Shown piece by piece: positions 23,201 through 35,429 of a stretch of DNA of 64,000 nt; the first letter of the stretch is position 1; each line of letters begins with the position of its first letter. The translations under genes and the position numbers were made by a program. Below the pieces are notes generated by a model, which saw only the letters and a list, made by a program, of their open reading frames with translations, was not told the origin of the DNA and made no database searches. This stretch comes from Dipteris shenzhenensis. Lineage: Eukaryota. The stretch lies in assembly GCA_047967505.1 (NCBI GenBank), contig CM106538.1; one strand, given 5' to 3'.

Positions 23201-25674
23201 ATTCTCTGCAGCAGAAAGGGTATAGATGCTATAACCCTTCTACTTGTAAGTTTACAGTGAGCAGAGATGTTTTTTATGAGATGAGCAGCTGGTATAAACC
23301 AGTAAATGTGATGATTGATGTAGATGCACAAAATGGTAATGCTGCATAGAATTCACAGCAGCAATCACAAAATATTAGTGGACCTGTAGTGTCCTCTAGC
23401 AGTGGTTCACATACTTCACCATGGACAGGCAGATTGAGATCAAGAGAATCTCCTCAAAGTAATGCAGATAGTGGTACGTAGGTATCACAAAAAGGAAAAG
23501 AGAAGGTAGATCAGCCCATGTTTGATGTGAATGCAAGTCACTCTTATGTGGATGGTGAATCTAATGGCTCAGAACAGAGCATTGATGATGAGTTAGGTAT
23601 TCCTTCTATTGTTACACTTGGAGTAAGGAAGACCAGGGATGTTTTGAGAGCATCTGGAAGTGAGCCTATTTTGTGCAGGTCTACCAGAGCTAGATATCCT
23701 GTGGATAGGCTGAAATATGATGGATTTACAGCCATTCACTATGCCTATATGGTCAAAGTGATACAAGAACCAAAACCCACTTCTTTTGAGCAAGCCATGG
23801 GAAAAGAAAAATGGGAGAAAGCCATGGATGAAGAAATGGATGTCTTGGAAGCAAATGCTACATGGGAATTGGTGCCTTTGCCTAAAGACAAGAATGCAAT
23901 TGGCTGTAAGTGGGTTTATAAGGTGAAGCACAATGCAAATGGTTCTGTGAACAGATACAAGGCAAGATTAGTTGTCAAGGGATATGCACAGACATATGGC
24001 ATTAATTATGAAGAAACATTCAGTCCGGTTGCAAGGATGGCAACCGTAAGAGCAATCATTGCTATGGCTGCATCAAAGGGATGGTCTTTACATCAGATGG
24101 ATGTAAAGAATGCCTTCTTGCATGGTGATTTGCAAGAAGAGGTCTTTATGGAGCAACCACCAGGTTATGTTCATGCTGTTCATCCTAAGTTTGTTTGTAG
24201 GTTGAAGAAAGCCTTATATGGCTTGAAGCAAGCACCTAGAGCATGGTCTAACAAGATAGCATAGTATCTTGTCACTATTGGCTTTCAAATTTCCACGGCA
24301 GATTTCTCACTTTATGTGAGAAAAACAGAGAAAGGTATTATGCTGCTTGTCATTTATGTTGATGATTTAATCATCACAGGTGATGAAGATATCCTTCATG
24401 TGGAAATGCTATTGAAGCAGAAGTTTGAGATGAAGGATTTGGGAGAGCTACGTTACTTCTTGGGCATTGAGGTGATTAGATCACCAAGTGGGATACAGCT
24501 CTTGTAGAGGCAGTATGGATTGGACATGCTATCCAAATATGGGATGACAGGCTGTAAGCCTATTTTAGTTCCTTTGGAGTAGAATGTGAAGCTAAGCACA
24601 GATGCAGGTGGGGTGCAGGTGAGCTTCTGGAAGACCCTACTATGTACAGACGCATAGTAGGAAGTTTGATTTATATGACTATTACCAGGCCAAATTTGAG
24701 CTATGCTGTTGGATTGGTAAGTCAATTTATGCAGGCTCCAAGGAAACCGCATTTGGATGCGGCTAGATGCATACTCAGGTATGTGAAGTCCACATTGCGG
24801 TATGGACTATTTTATGAGGTTGGGGTTCAGATACAGTTGCATGGATACACTAATTCTGATTGGGCTGGTAGTATTTCTGATAGATGATCTACCAGTGGAT
24901 ATGTGTTCTCTTTTGGGAGTGCTGCAGTCACTTGGAGCAGCAAGAAACAGCCTACAGTTGCCTTATCGAGCACAGAGGCTGAGTACATGGGTGCAGCAAT
25001 GGTTGCATGTGAGGTAGCTTGGTTGCCTAAGCTACTTTATGATATGCATCAGTCTACAGATGGGCCAGTTGTCATTTATTGTGACAACATGAGCAGTATA
25101 CACTTGGCAAATAACCCAGTCTACCATGCTAGAACAAAGCACATTGAGATACATTATCACTATGTGTGGGAGAAGGTTTTACTAGGTCTTATTGATCTAG
25201 TTTATGTCAGCATAGAGGATCAAGTAGCTGACCTATTCATGAAGGCATTAGGCACAGAGAAGCTGCACAAGTTCAAAGACCTGCTTGGTGTGCAGGAATT
25301 GGGATTGAGCTCAAGGGGGAGTGTTGAGATATCGAGCTCCACTCATGATATGCCAGGGTGACCGTTGTGCATTTATGTCACCGACTTGTTAGCCGCAGAT
25401 GCGGTTGGTATACCGCCCATGAATAATAGCTAGATGACAGCTATCCTTATGTACTCTAGTTCGTGGCTCAGTTAGTATGCCACCTTAGTTAGCTGAGTTT
25501 GGTTTGAGACCCACATATAGGGTTCTTCTATTTCTTTGTACTAGAGTTCTTTTTGGCTTTCACAACTAAGAAGAGGAAAACTATTTTTAGCCTCCACCTT
25601 GGTGTGTATTCCCCTATTGTGTATGTGAGAAAGCCGCAAGTGAGCTTCCTTCCTTCTCTCCCACTATCTTCACA
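20231..25674 (+). mobile_element. Full-length Ty1/Copia LTR retrotransposon (5444 bp), inactivated
   Basis: 353-bp LTRs at 20231-20583 and 25322-25674 (TG..CA). TSD CACCA on both sides. PBS TGGTATCAGAGC (tRNA-iMet) at 20584. PPT AAGGGGGAG. Domain order gag-PR-INT-RT-RH. Confidence 0.97.
21001..25361 (+). pseudogene. Copia gag-pol polyprotein, disrupted
   Basis: UBN2-like gag, CYYCGKMG knuckle, LELIHSDVW/FIDDYS/LRSDGGGEY integrase, [19 protein letters not shown] and YCDNMS RNaseH, with many stops and frameshifts. Confidence 0.93.
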
Positions 25675-26099
25675 CACCATGCTTTTTTTTGCTCTCTAAT
25701 TGTCCTCCACATCCCTTCTCTACCCTAATTCCTTTTGCCCTTTGATCTTGTCGTACATCCCTCTACCTGCCCATAATTCTCTTTGCCTTGATCCTCAAGT
25801 TTTTCCTATTCCTTCTATCTTGTCTACTCTCTAAACATCCTGAACACCCTTTGTCGGGTCACTACTACTATTAGTCTCTGTCACAATTCCACTTATGCCC
25901 TCCTTGTACCACTTCTCTTATTCTCTCCCTGTACTAATGCCCTCCTTGTACTACTTTCTCCCAACTCTCTCCGCATTTCTTCCTATATAACTCCCATTCC
26001 TTATATCTCCACCCTTTTAGTTCCTAGTTTACCTTTCAGCCTAGTTTTGTTGTAATCCTCCTACTCACTCACTCACACATGCATGCACACTACACACAC

Positions 26100-26312
26100 T
26101 TTTTTATTGAGATCCATGTATGTTTATATTACAAGAGGAAGTGCCCAAAACATGCAATTACAATATCAAAAAATTTAATAAGATAAGTAAAAAATGTAAC
26201 TCTATCAGGTGAATAGATAGGCAACCATAAGGGATTACCTGAGTGACATCCAAAGATAGTGAAACATGGATTGCCTGAGTGGAATCCAGAGATATTGAAA
26301 CATGGAAGAAGA
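26100..26312 (-). mobile_element. Short 5'-truncated poly(A) retrocopy (same family as 57858-58027)
   Basis: Shares ATCCATGTATGTTTATAT, AAGGGATTACCT and AGTGAAACATG with 57858-58027. Minus-strand A-tail is followed by GTGTGTGT. Confidence 0.65.
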
Positions 26313-26380
26313 CTGTGTGTGTGTGTGTGGTGGATGAGAGTGCGCACACACACACACGCACACACACACACACACATATA

Positions 26381-27553
26381 TTTTTTTAAAGTGAAAACTT
26401 AGTGCTTTATATTACAAGATAGCAATCCCATAAAAAAACTGGTAAGCTAAAAGATTACATCAAGAGAAAATCTCCATAGGATAAATATACATCATGATCT
26501 ATGCAGTGAGTTTGTAGACAATCAAAAAACGATTGCTGCAAAGAACGACATAAGAAAACAAAAGTTGAAAAAGCTGGATCACCAAAGACTCTATGGTTTC
26601 TATATTTCTAGAGAGTCCAAAGTGCCCAATAGCAAACCTAGGTAAAGAACAAATCAAAATCCAACCGTCGAGGATAGATCCCAAACAACCAGAAAAGCTT
26701 GCCAAAAGAAGCCTAAGGAAATATTAGTCTATCTCTGCCAAAGGATGCTCAAGATATAAGATACAGATAACCTCGAAGCTCTTATCTACGACAAATAGCT
26801 GGAGCAATACGTCTGCATGATAAAAGTTGTCCAAATGGAACAAACCCCAATAGAACATGCCATAGAAAAACCTGTTGTCATAGAGAGACCTTGGCCAAAT
26901 CTATTTCAATCTTTTTGTCCATCATTTGGAGGATGCAAACACAAATTCTGATTAGCCCTGTTTGATGCCCAGGGTGGAGATAGCAAAACTTTATATAAAG
27001 AGGAGACTGTTATATGAGACAGCTTCAAAGGACAAATGGACGAGTGTACTGGAAGAAGAGTCCAATTATAAAGCCTGTCTTGAAGCTCTAAAGGTGGAAA
27101 TGGCTGAAATGGTTGAAGCATCTGAGTAATGACGTGCCATACAGGATGATAGAGCATTCCCAAACCATATTTTCCAGTAGCCAAAGGGAAGGATAAAAGA
27201 GTGCCATCGATGAATGACATCTGCCACATAGGAAATCCCTTTTGAATTAAGAAAATACGAGTGTTTGAACTCATGTAAAGCCAATGGCTGAGAAAAAACC
27301 CTAGACCAGTGGAGGCTCTCAACTCTTAAAGAGTTACCCTTCAAGGAATCCTGGCCATGCCAAGCCAGATGTGAGAGAATATGTTTCCAATCCAAAAACA
27401 TTTTGGGTAACAATAGGGCAACCTTGACCTTGCCTTCAATACTACCCAACAGAAAATCCCACTGACTAGGTTGCAAATAGCCAAAAGCAGGAGTGGTAAG
27501 TTGAAGAAGCGAGTAGCGCATCATTGTAGCCCAAGGATGATCACCATGTAGAA
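26381..27553 (-). mobile_element. 5'-truncated, decayed L1-type LINE 3' portion bracketed by (TG)n
   Basis: Decayed zf-RVT-like region and an A-tail near 26381-26387. (CA)n runs lie at both ends (26345-26376 and 27554-27570). Confidence 0.6.
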
Positions 27554-29528
27554 ACACACACACACACACATTTTGATTAGTAAATGTATCTCACACACAC
27601 AGACACGTATTTCTTTACACACACACAGATGTATACTACCCCAACTATGAATTATTCTTATGTATCCCCCATGAAATCTCCCCTTTACACTCTTTTTAAC
27701 CACCCCATACACCAAGCCCACTAATCGTCACATACCTCCTCTAATCCCTTCTCAACCCATGCATTCATTTGCTCCTTCTCCTTACTCCACGTGTGACTTT
27801 TGTTACTTAAACTTTTTTTAATTATCTAAGAATCCGTATGGTTGTCTATATTCCTAGATAAAGTGATAACAAGCCGGGGAAAATAGGCATTACCTGTCTA
27901 TTCAAATGTAACTATGATGTTCTAACACTTACTTTGGATGGTAGCAGGTAAGTGGACCCCGAACTGGGAACCTGGACTACCTCAGGATTCGACATCTTTT
28001 TTCAATATTATGTTTGTCAAACTCAATATTACTAAAAATTCTTAATTTTGGTCAATTTTTTTGCAAACTCTAGTTGTTGCATTTTTCAACTTAGATGTCT
28101 CAAACATTTTTTCCTTATATGTTTCCCTTTTTTTACTTTTTATCCACCCGTCGAAGATATATCCCAGCCTAATGTTTTCCCCAGCTTGTTATCACTTTAT
28201 CTAGGAATATAGACAGCCATATGGATTCTTAGATAATTTAAAAAAAGTTTAAGTCACACATGGAGTAAGGAGCAAATGAATGCATGGGTTGAGAAGGGAT
28301 TAGAGGAGGTATGTGACGATTAGTGGACTTGGTGTATGGGGTGGCTAAAAAGAGAGTGCAAAGGAGAGATTTCATGGGGGGCACCTAAAATAATAATTCA
28401 TAGTTGGGGAAGTATACATGTGTATAAGTGTTTCTTGCATGAGGAAGATTTGGATGTTTCTTGCATTCTGCTTTTCTTTTACTATTTCTGATGGAGAGGG
28501 CATTGGCTCTTTTCTCAAGCACTGCCCTATTGTAAAATGGATGTTTCATAATATAATTTTCTTAGTTTCACAAAAAAAAAGCAAGTGTGTGTGCGGGTAA
28601 AGAAATAAGTGTCTGTGTGTGTGAGATACAATTATTAAAATCAAAATTTGTGTGTGTTTGTTTCTACATGGTGATCACCCTTGGGTTGCAATGATGCACT
28701 ACTTACTTCTTCAACTTACTATTCCTGCTTTTGTTTATTGGCAACCCACTCAATGGGATTTTCTGTTGGCAAGATTGAAGGCAAGGTCAAGGTTACCCTA
28801 TTGTTACTCAAATGTTTTTGGATTGGAAACATATTCTCTCACATCTGGCTTGGCATGGCCGGGATTCCTTGCAGGGTAACTCTTTGAGAGCTGAGAGCAT
28901 CCATTGGTTAAGGGTTTTTTCTTAGCCATTAGCTTTACAAGAGCCTAGATGCTCTTATTTTCTTAATTCAAAAGGGATTTCCTCTGTGGCAAATGTCATT
29001 CATATGATGTCACTCTTTTATCCTTCCCTTTGGCTACTAGAAAATATGGTTTGGCAATGCACTATCGTCCTGTATGGCACGTCATTACTCGGATGCTTTA
29101 ACCATTTCAGCTAGTACCACCTTTAGAGCTTCAAGACAGGGTTTAGGATTGGACTCTTCTTCTAGTATACTCGTCCATTTGTCCTTTGAAGCTATCTCAT
29201 ATAAGAGTCTCCTCTTTATATAAGTTTTATTGTCTCCATCCTAGGCATCAAACAAGGCTAATCACATTTTGTGTTTGCATCCTCCAGTCAAATGGTGGAC
29301 AAAAAGATTGAAATAGATTTGGCACTCCAAGGTCTCTCTACAACAACAGGTCTTTCTATGGCATGTTCTATTAGGGGTTGTTCCAATTGGATAGCTTTTA
29401 TTATGCAGACGTATTACTCCAGCTATTTGTCATCGGTGTTTAGCTCCGAGGGAATCTATGTCTCATATGTTTTGACACAGAGCTTCTTGGGCATCCTTCG
29501 ACAAAGACTAAGAATCAGATTTACTTAG
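26713..29528. repeat. Large imperfect inverted repeat: arms ~26713-27883 and ~28175-29528, spacer ~290 bp
   Basis: The arms are reverse complements; e.g. FLHGDHPW..LLQLT.PAF is encoded on - at 27066-27569 and on + at 28652-28879. Many substitutions. Confidence 0.9.
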
Positions 29529-29787
29529 TGCCTGTCTACCCAAATGTAACTATGATATTCTAATACCTACTTTGTTTGGATGGTGGCATGTTAGTGGACA
29601 CCGACCTTGAAACCTGGATTGCCCTAGGATTTGACATCTTTTTTCAATATTATGTTTGTCAAACTCAATATCATTAAAAATTCTTAAATTTGGTCAAATT
29701 TTTTGCAAACTCTAGTTGTTGCATTTTCCAACTTAGATGTCTCAAACATTTTTTCCTTATATGTTTTTCTTTTTCACTTTTTATCCA
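27892..29787 (+). repeat. ~255-bp direct repeat pair (27892-28146 and 29531-29787)
   Basis: cctgtcta..caaatgtaactatgat...ttttttcaatattatgtttgtcaaactcaatat...actttttatcca is present twice. Confidence 0.88.
28424..28584 (+). mobile_element. ~160-bp poly(A)-tailed insertion in a (TG)n tract
   Basis: Present in the right arm only. Ends CAAAAAAAAAGCAA then GTGTGTGTG. The homologous left-arm site (27617-27636) is an uninterrupted (CA)n. Confidence 0.7.
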
Positions 29788-31429
29788 ATTGATGGAATTA
29801 ATTGTACTAAAGAGCTAGCTTGAAGCACCATAACTATAGCTCCAAGGGAATGAAATACAACTGGCAAAAACTTTCCCTAATGAACAAATGTTGAAAAGGT
29901 GTAGATAGAGGTTAAAAGGAAGGGCAACAAGCTTAAGTCCTAGAGGGGTGGGACACATGGATGCATGTAAAGAGGGTTTTGGAGCTCTCAACTTCCATGT
30001 CCTTTTGAAGTCATTGTTACAGCTTGCCTTTGGAAAAAACGGACGTCCTCAGGGCTGATGTAATGGGGTGAGGATTGGATGAATGGGTAGCCATTCATTA
30101 ATCACAAGATACAAGGCCAACTTGATACCTTTTGGAGGTTTGTCCATCTCATGTGCATGCATCACCAAGAAAGGAAAGAGAAGAAGAAATACAAGAAGGA
30201 GAGAGAGAGAGTTTGTGAGGTTGTGAGTATGAGTGTGAATGATATTGTGAATGTGAGTGTGTTTGAGTGCAGTAGCACTCAGCTCTTGGGTTTTTTTTCA
30301 TACTTAATAGAAGTATTTTTATGAAAAAGAAGAAAGGGTCAACCTCTAGCCCTCATTGACATGTAATGAAAGCAATACCCTTGATATTTGCAACAAGGAT
30401 TGGGTCCGATGGACCTTGTGTTGTGTCTTTCATTCATTATTTTTTCCCTCTAAAAAACAAGATCATTAAAAATAAGATTATGTTTTAAGTTAGTAATTAT
30501 GAGCTCTATGACAATAAGATAAGTTAAAATGCAAATCCATTAGGACATCGACTAATAAAAGGAGCTTTTCTTTTTAACTTTAATAAATCCAATTTGCACA
30601 AGTATGTCCCCAAGATGTTGAAAAAATAGAAATTCCTATTAATTAGTTGTGTAGAAAAGAAGAGGGGTAAAAAGGGAGATGGCAAGGCCATGATTAAACT
30701 AAGGGATAAAGGGGGGAGGCAAGGAGTATCAATTAAAGAATATTGGAGATGAAGAAGGACCCACAGAGGTGAGATTAGGGAGGGACCACTCATGAAACCT
30801 TAAAGAGGAAGGAAAATGGACTAGAATATTATATTTATATTTAGGGATGCTATCTTTAACCTATTAATCATGCACAAGGGAAAAAAAAGGGAGGATTGAG
30901 GAGGTGTCCACGTGTCAACATTTAACGATTGAACTATTTAATGATGAATGAACGATCTACATTTGAAGATTCTATGATTGACAATTGACATTTGGCATTT
31001 TGACGTTTGCATTACAAGCCTCCAATACCTACATCACTGAAACACAGATCAAGTGGCAAGTCGAGAAGTTCATCCATTTCATTCGATTGATATTGGGATG
31101 CTACCAACATTAAAGCCTAGCTTTTGCCAAAATGGTGGCAGACAATAGTACAGATACGCAGTTTGGTTTTGTTAGGAATGACACTCTGAAAACAGGCTCC
31201 ACGCAAGAGGAAATACATTCATATCCATGAGGATTGGTGCAAAGAGCACCTAAAATTGTTGCAGTTGAGTGATGGTTGGAATAGCAAATGGAGAGAGAGG
31301 ATGCGAGGGGTGTACAGGTAGAATCGTGGAGGAAGTTGATGTCAAGAGACTACAAGCAACTGTGCAACAACAGATCACTTGAACTATGCTTGCATCTCAT
31401 CTTGCGTATTCTCTTGCAACAATAAATCT

Positions 31430-31810
31430 CTTGCACTAAAATAATAAGAGGGAAGAAGCATGGGCAATGGATTGATGAAGCTTGGATGCGTGTCTCAATT
31501 TTACATAAATGTTATGAGCAGTGAATCGTGATTAGTGATTGACAAGCAACAATGACATTCTGCATTAACAGGAAGGGCGCATGAGGGAGGGGAGGGTTGA
31601 GTAGGTGGCGCACAGTGGGGTGGGGGATACAAGGGGAAGAGGGGAGGGGTTTCTCCATCATGGCAAGTGCCAAGGAAGTGGAATTGTCTATAAAGCAGCT
31701 GGTATTGGATCTTGGAACAATAAAATGATTCGCAGTAGGCATATTAGAGGTGCAAGATTTCATGTCATAGCTGAAGATGATTCGACGATGGTGGAGGGAC
31801 AGGATGCATT
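31430..31810 (+). pseudogene. Possible decayed receptor-kinase remnant
   Basis: Only a Gly-loop-like GSGIVYKA is clear; the rest is too decayed to read. Confidence 0.3.
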
Positions 31811-32039
31811 GCATGGCATATAACTTCTTCTCATTTTCCTTTGAAGATTGGAGAATCGAAATATTACTGTCGATCACTCGAATCAAAATATTATTGTTGA
31901 TCACTCTTCTTAAAGGAGGATGTAGCTTTGAGATCAAAACCTCGTCAATCGATTTTTAATCACTTTTTACTATTTTTGCCCATCACAAGTAGAAGCAGGA
32001 GATGAATGCAAAAGATTTTGAATCTTTAACTATCGCTAA

Positions 32040-33380
32040 TGCAATTGTTGGGTGTCCATGGCAAAGAGATGAATGGGATGGAGCCTTGAAACTGAGTGTT
32101 GAATTGTAGAAAAGTTTGTGGAAGTTGGACTATTGAAGAAAGTTGGGGATCTGATCCATGGAGGTGCAACAACATTTAGCATCACTTCGATTGAGATAAA
32201 GGGTGTATATTTGGTTTGGCAACACAATAGTGGGCACTGCAACTATCTTTGTGCACGACCTCTACTTATGTTTGATGATGCCACACTATTAAGTATGGTA
32301 AATAAAGATCGACAGGACCTTCTAGGAGTTCACAAATGAATAACCGAATAGATGTATTAAGTCTATTTTTAAATTCAGGTGCGACGGGTCTTCTTTTTGT
32401 TGCTATAGATGCTCAAGCAGATAGCTTGACAAGAGTTCTTCATGCTTCTTTTGAGCTCTCTATGATGGTTGGGACATCATCATTTGGAACAAGTCGTCGA
32501 TGCCGAAATTTGCAAAAGCTTGCAAGACAAAAGTCTACAAATCGACCTCTTGAAGCTCAGGATGATGTCAAGCTTCTCCATTGCTCCTTCAGAGTAGGCA
32601 TACGGCAAACGGAAGCCAAAAATTCCTAAATGATTCATTGCTACTTAAAGTTGCAAAATAGGCAACAAAATGAGAAACCATAGGCAGGTGCTTGGTGAAC
32701 ATGGGCTAGTCGAATCTTCGTTGCAATCTATGGCGATGCACCTTTCATTAAAGTAATAGAGCTTTGAGGTAGCAATAGTAGCAGATAGTCTCTCAAATAT
32801 GGTGCATAGAATGGAGAATTGTTGTAAAGGAACTTTGAGGTTTCGGACGGTTGTCAGGCCTTGAAATGGAATCATCACTTGCTGGGAAGCATAGCTACCA
32901 CCATGAACTCCCCTCTCGATGCCTTCATAGAGGAGCATCATATGCATGATGACAACTACAAAATTTGCCCTTCCAGTGAGGATGGTGAGGTGGATAGAAT
33001 TCTACATCCACCTTGCAGAGAAGGAGTAGAGCATTTGTGAGTCAATAATCACTTCTTTACGCCAAAGTACTTGGGGAAACCTTCAGCGAAGAAGCTATGT
33101 GGTTGGTTGTAGTATTGTGAACAAAGAAGATTAGAGGATCTATGTTGGTCTACGATTTCATGCCGAATGGGATGCTACATGGTCACATGATGAGAGAGCA
33201 AAAGGAGTAGGGGGAACAGGAGCTCTCCCATGGTAGATCAAGGTCAAGATTGCACTAGAAGTAGCAAGGGGAGAGGGATGTCCCAAATCATCAATCACAA
33301 TATCAAGAGCTACCACAATATGTTCTAGATGGAGGATGGACCTCAAGAGTGTTTGATTTGGGCTTCTTACCAAAGGCGAT
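32040..33380 (+). pseudogene. Decayed receptor-like kinase, possibly CRINKLY4-related
   Basis: Hand translation of 33060-33375 across frameshifts gives MLVYDFMPNGMLHGH, LPW*IKVKIALEVARG, IINHNIKSY and GWTSRVFDLG (kinase subdomains V-VII). Upstream HGGATT resembles the start of a crinkly repeat, but only weakly. Confidence 0.6.
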
Positions 33381-34477
33381 TAAGCTCATGTGGATTGTGA
33401 ACCATTAGTTATGATTTGGTGCTAGCTTTAAATTTTGGACGTCCTTATGTTGGTGTTGCATGAGGCCTCGATCGCTTAGAGTGTCCCATAAAAAGAGAGA
33501 AGGTACCAAGCATAAAGCAAGCGTAATTAATGACATAGACACACCTAGATCTAAATGACATACAATGCGATGGCAAAGAATAGAACTTCGGAATAGAGTT
33601 GGGGCACCCACTAAATCAAATTAAAGGTGAACGCAAAGCTACCACAAATCTTGGGGCCCAAGATAATGGTCTTTAACAAAATGTAGATCATGAGGGTGTT
33701 GAGTAGTACCATTCAAAATTGTGTGATGAGGTGAGGGTATCCAAGCTTAACATATTGGTTCATGTTATGTCGAAGTATTGAGGGAAAGTGACTCCATAGC
33801 ATTAGTAAGGAGGAATCCAATGAGTGAGCATAAGTGTGGATGGTAGGGAATTCTTGCAAAAGCTTGATAGTGCTTTGTTAACATGTCTTCCATTCTACAT
33901 AATGGGTGACCACAAGAACAAAGAACAACGGCTTGAAGAACCAAATGGTACTAGGTGCCCAATGTGGTAAGAGGGTGTAGGGAGCTAGGACATGTGTAGG
34001 CATGGGATGTGGGTGTGATGTTAAGTTGGAAAGGGCAATCAGGAGGCGTTGTTTTGGAATTCTTTTTAGTATGTAGCATCTCAATCATTCTTGAAGAGAG
34101 CAATTTGAGCAGTAATGAGCGTGTTGATCGTTAGAGAAAAAAGTGGTTGGATGAGAGTGATGGTTGTACATAATGGGAGGGGGGATCTGAAAGAGACAAA
34201 GCAAAGTAGAATTTTCAATGACACCAGGAAATGTCCCAAAACTTAACATATGTTTCAATGAGCTCGATCCTACATTATGTGCCCTCGCACTTAGATGAAT
34301 TGAGAGAAGATTGGAACAAGTTCCTTCAATGGATGCATTAGGAAATGCATAATCTATTTCAAGGTGTCCCTAGCCTCGTCATACATAGGTCATGCTACTC
34401 GTATTACTCTATAGCTTAGTGGTAGAGCTCAAGTGTGTGAAAGGAAATATTATGGGTTCTCAAATACCCTCTTGAAT

Positions 34478-34826
34478 TTCAAATATAATGTAGACATAAG
34501 CTTAAAAATGTTTGTTTTGGCCCATGGAGGCTATTTAACCTATGTTTGTCCATGGTTTAATATATTTTTTGCATAGGTTAATTTTTAATATGTTCAATAA
34601 AAAGTCTTGGAAATAGACATAGGCATCTTCATAAGGACTGCAATGTGCTCAAATGCAATTCAAATATAATGTAGACATAAACTTAAAAATGTTTGTTTTG
34701 GCCCATGGAGGCTATTTAACCTATGTTTGTCCATGGTTTAATATATTTTTTCCATAGGTTAATTTTTAATATGTTCAATAAAAAGTCTTGGAAATAGATA
34801 TAGGCATCTTCGTAAGGACGGCGATG
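34478..34826 (+). repeat. 181-bp-period tandem duplication upstream of the ABCA gene
   Basis: ttcaaatataatgtagacataa...ggcatcttc.taaggac occurs at 34478 and 34659. Confidence 0.92.
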
Positions 34827-35175
34827 AAAATGCATCGTCCCAAGCTAAGCCACGTAGCGCTTCGTTGCTCTATGCTACGCAACGTGAAGGTGGTGGGGAA
34901 TGGTGATTGTTATCGCTCAGCGTGACTGTAGCCAGCCTGTAGGGATGAGAAAGGAGTGGTTGTTGACTTGTGAGGCTTCGAGGACGAGAAAGTCGAGACT
35001 TCCAAGATATGCACGTCGGGAGGTGCTTTGCTTACGCTGCAAGATCCGCCAGCTTCAGGATGACGTGGGTGATGTCGCTGTGTGCACTTTTTGCAGCGCT
35101 CTTAGCTTACTTGTCCGTCGTTGTGCTCCCCTCGCCTTCTTTTCACTCTCGTCATTGCTCCCCAATCTCCTTTCC

Positions 35176-35298
35176 ATGGAGATGGTCCGCGCTTCTTCCT
35201 CTATCACTAGCCCTCGCCAGAGCCCGCGCCCTTCCCAACAGGTCACTAGCTTCGGAACTCAGGCCAATGCTCTGCTCCGGAAAAACCTCACATTCCAG
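35176..35298 (+). CDS. ABCA: ABC transporter A family (ABCA/ATH-type, ABCA7-like), coding exon 1
   Basis: MEMV...SFGTQANALLRKNLTFQ is the conserved plant ABCA N-terminus. GT donor at 35299. An alternative ATG lies at 35182. Confidence 0.9.
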
Positions 35299-35429
35299 GT
35301 TTTTGCGCCTTCTTTTGCAGCGCCTTTAGCTGGCAGGACAGAAGTGCCATGAAACGATCTTTTAATTTTAGATCTTTGGTCGATACAATAACAATTTCAA
35401 GGAACGAATCATGTAAAAACTGATTCGTC

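Noticed and set aside
34850-35020. ACGT-core motifs as G-box/ABRE promoter elements
   Set aside because: No perfect CACGTG, and short cores are not evidence without TSS or binding data.
34900-35175. N-terminal extension of ABCA from the ATG at 34900
   Set aside because: ABCA similarity begins only near 35245. The extension looks like promoter or 5' UTR, and the ATG at 35176/35182 fits better.
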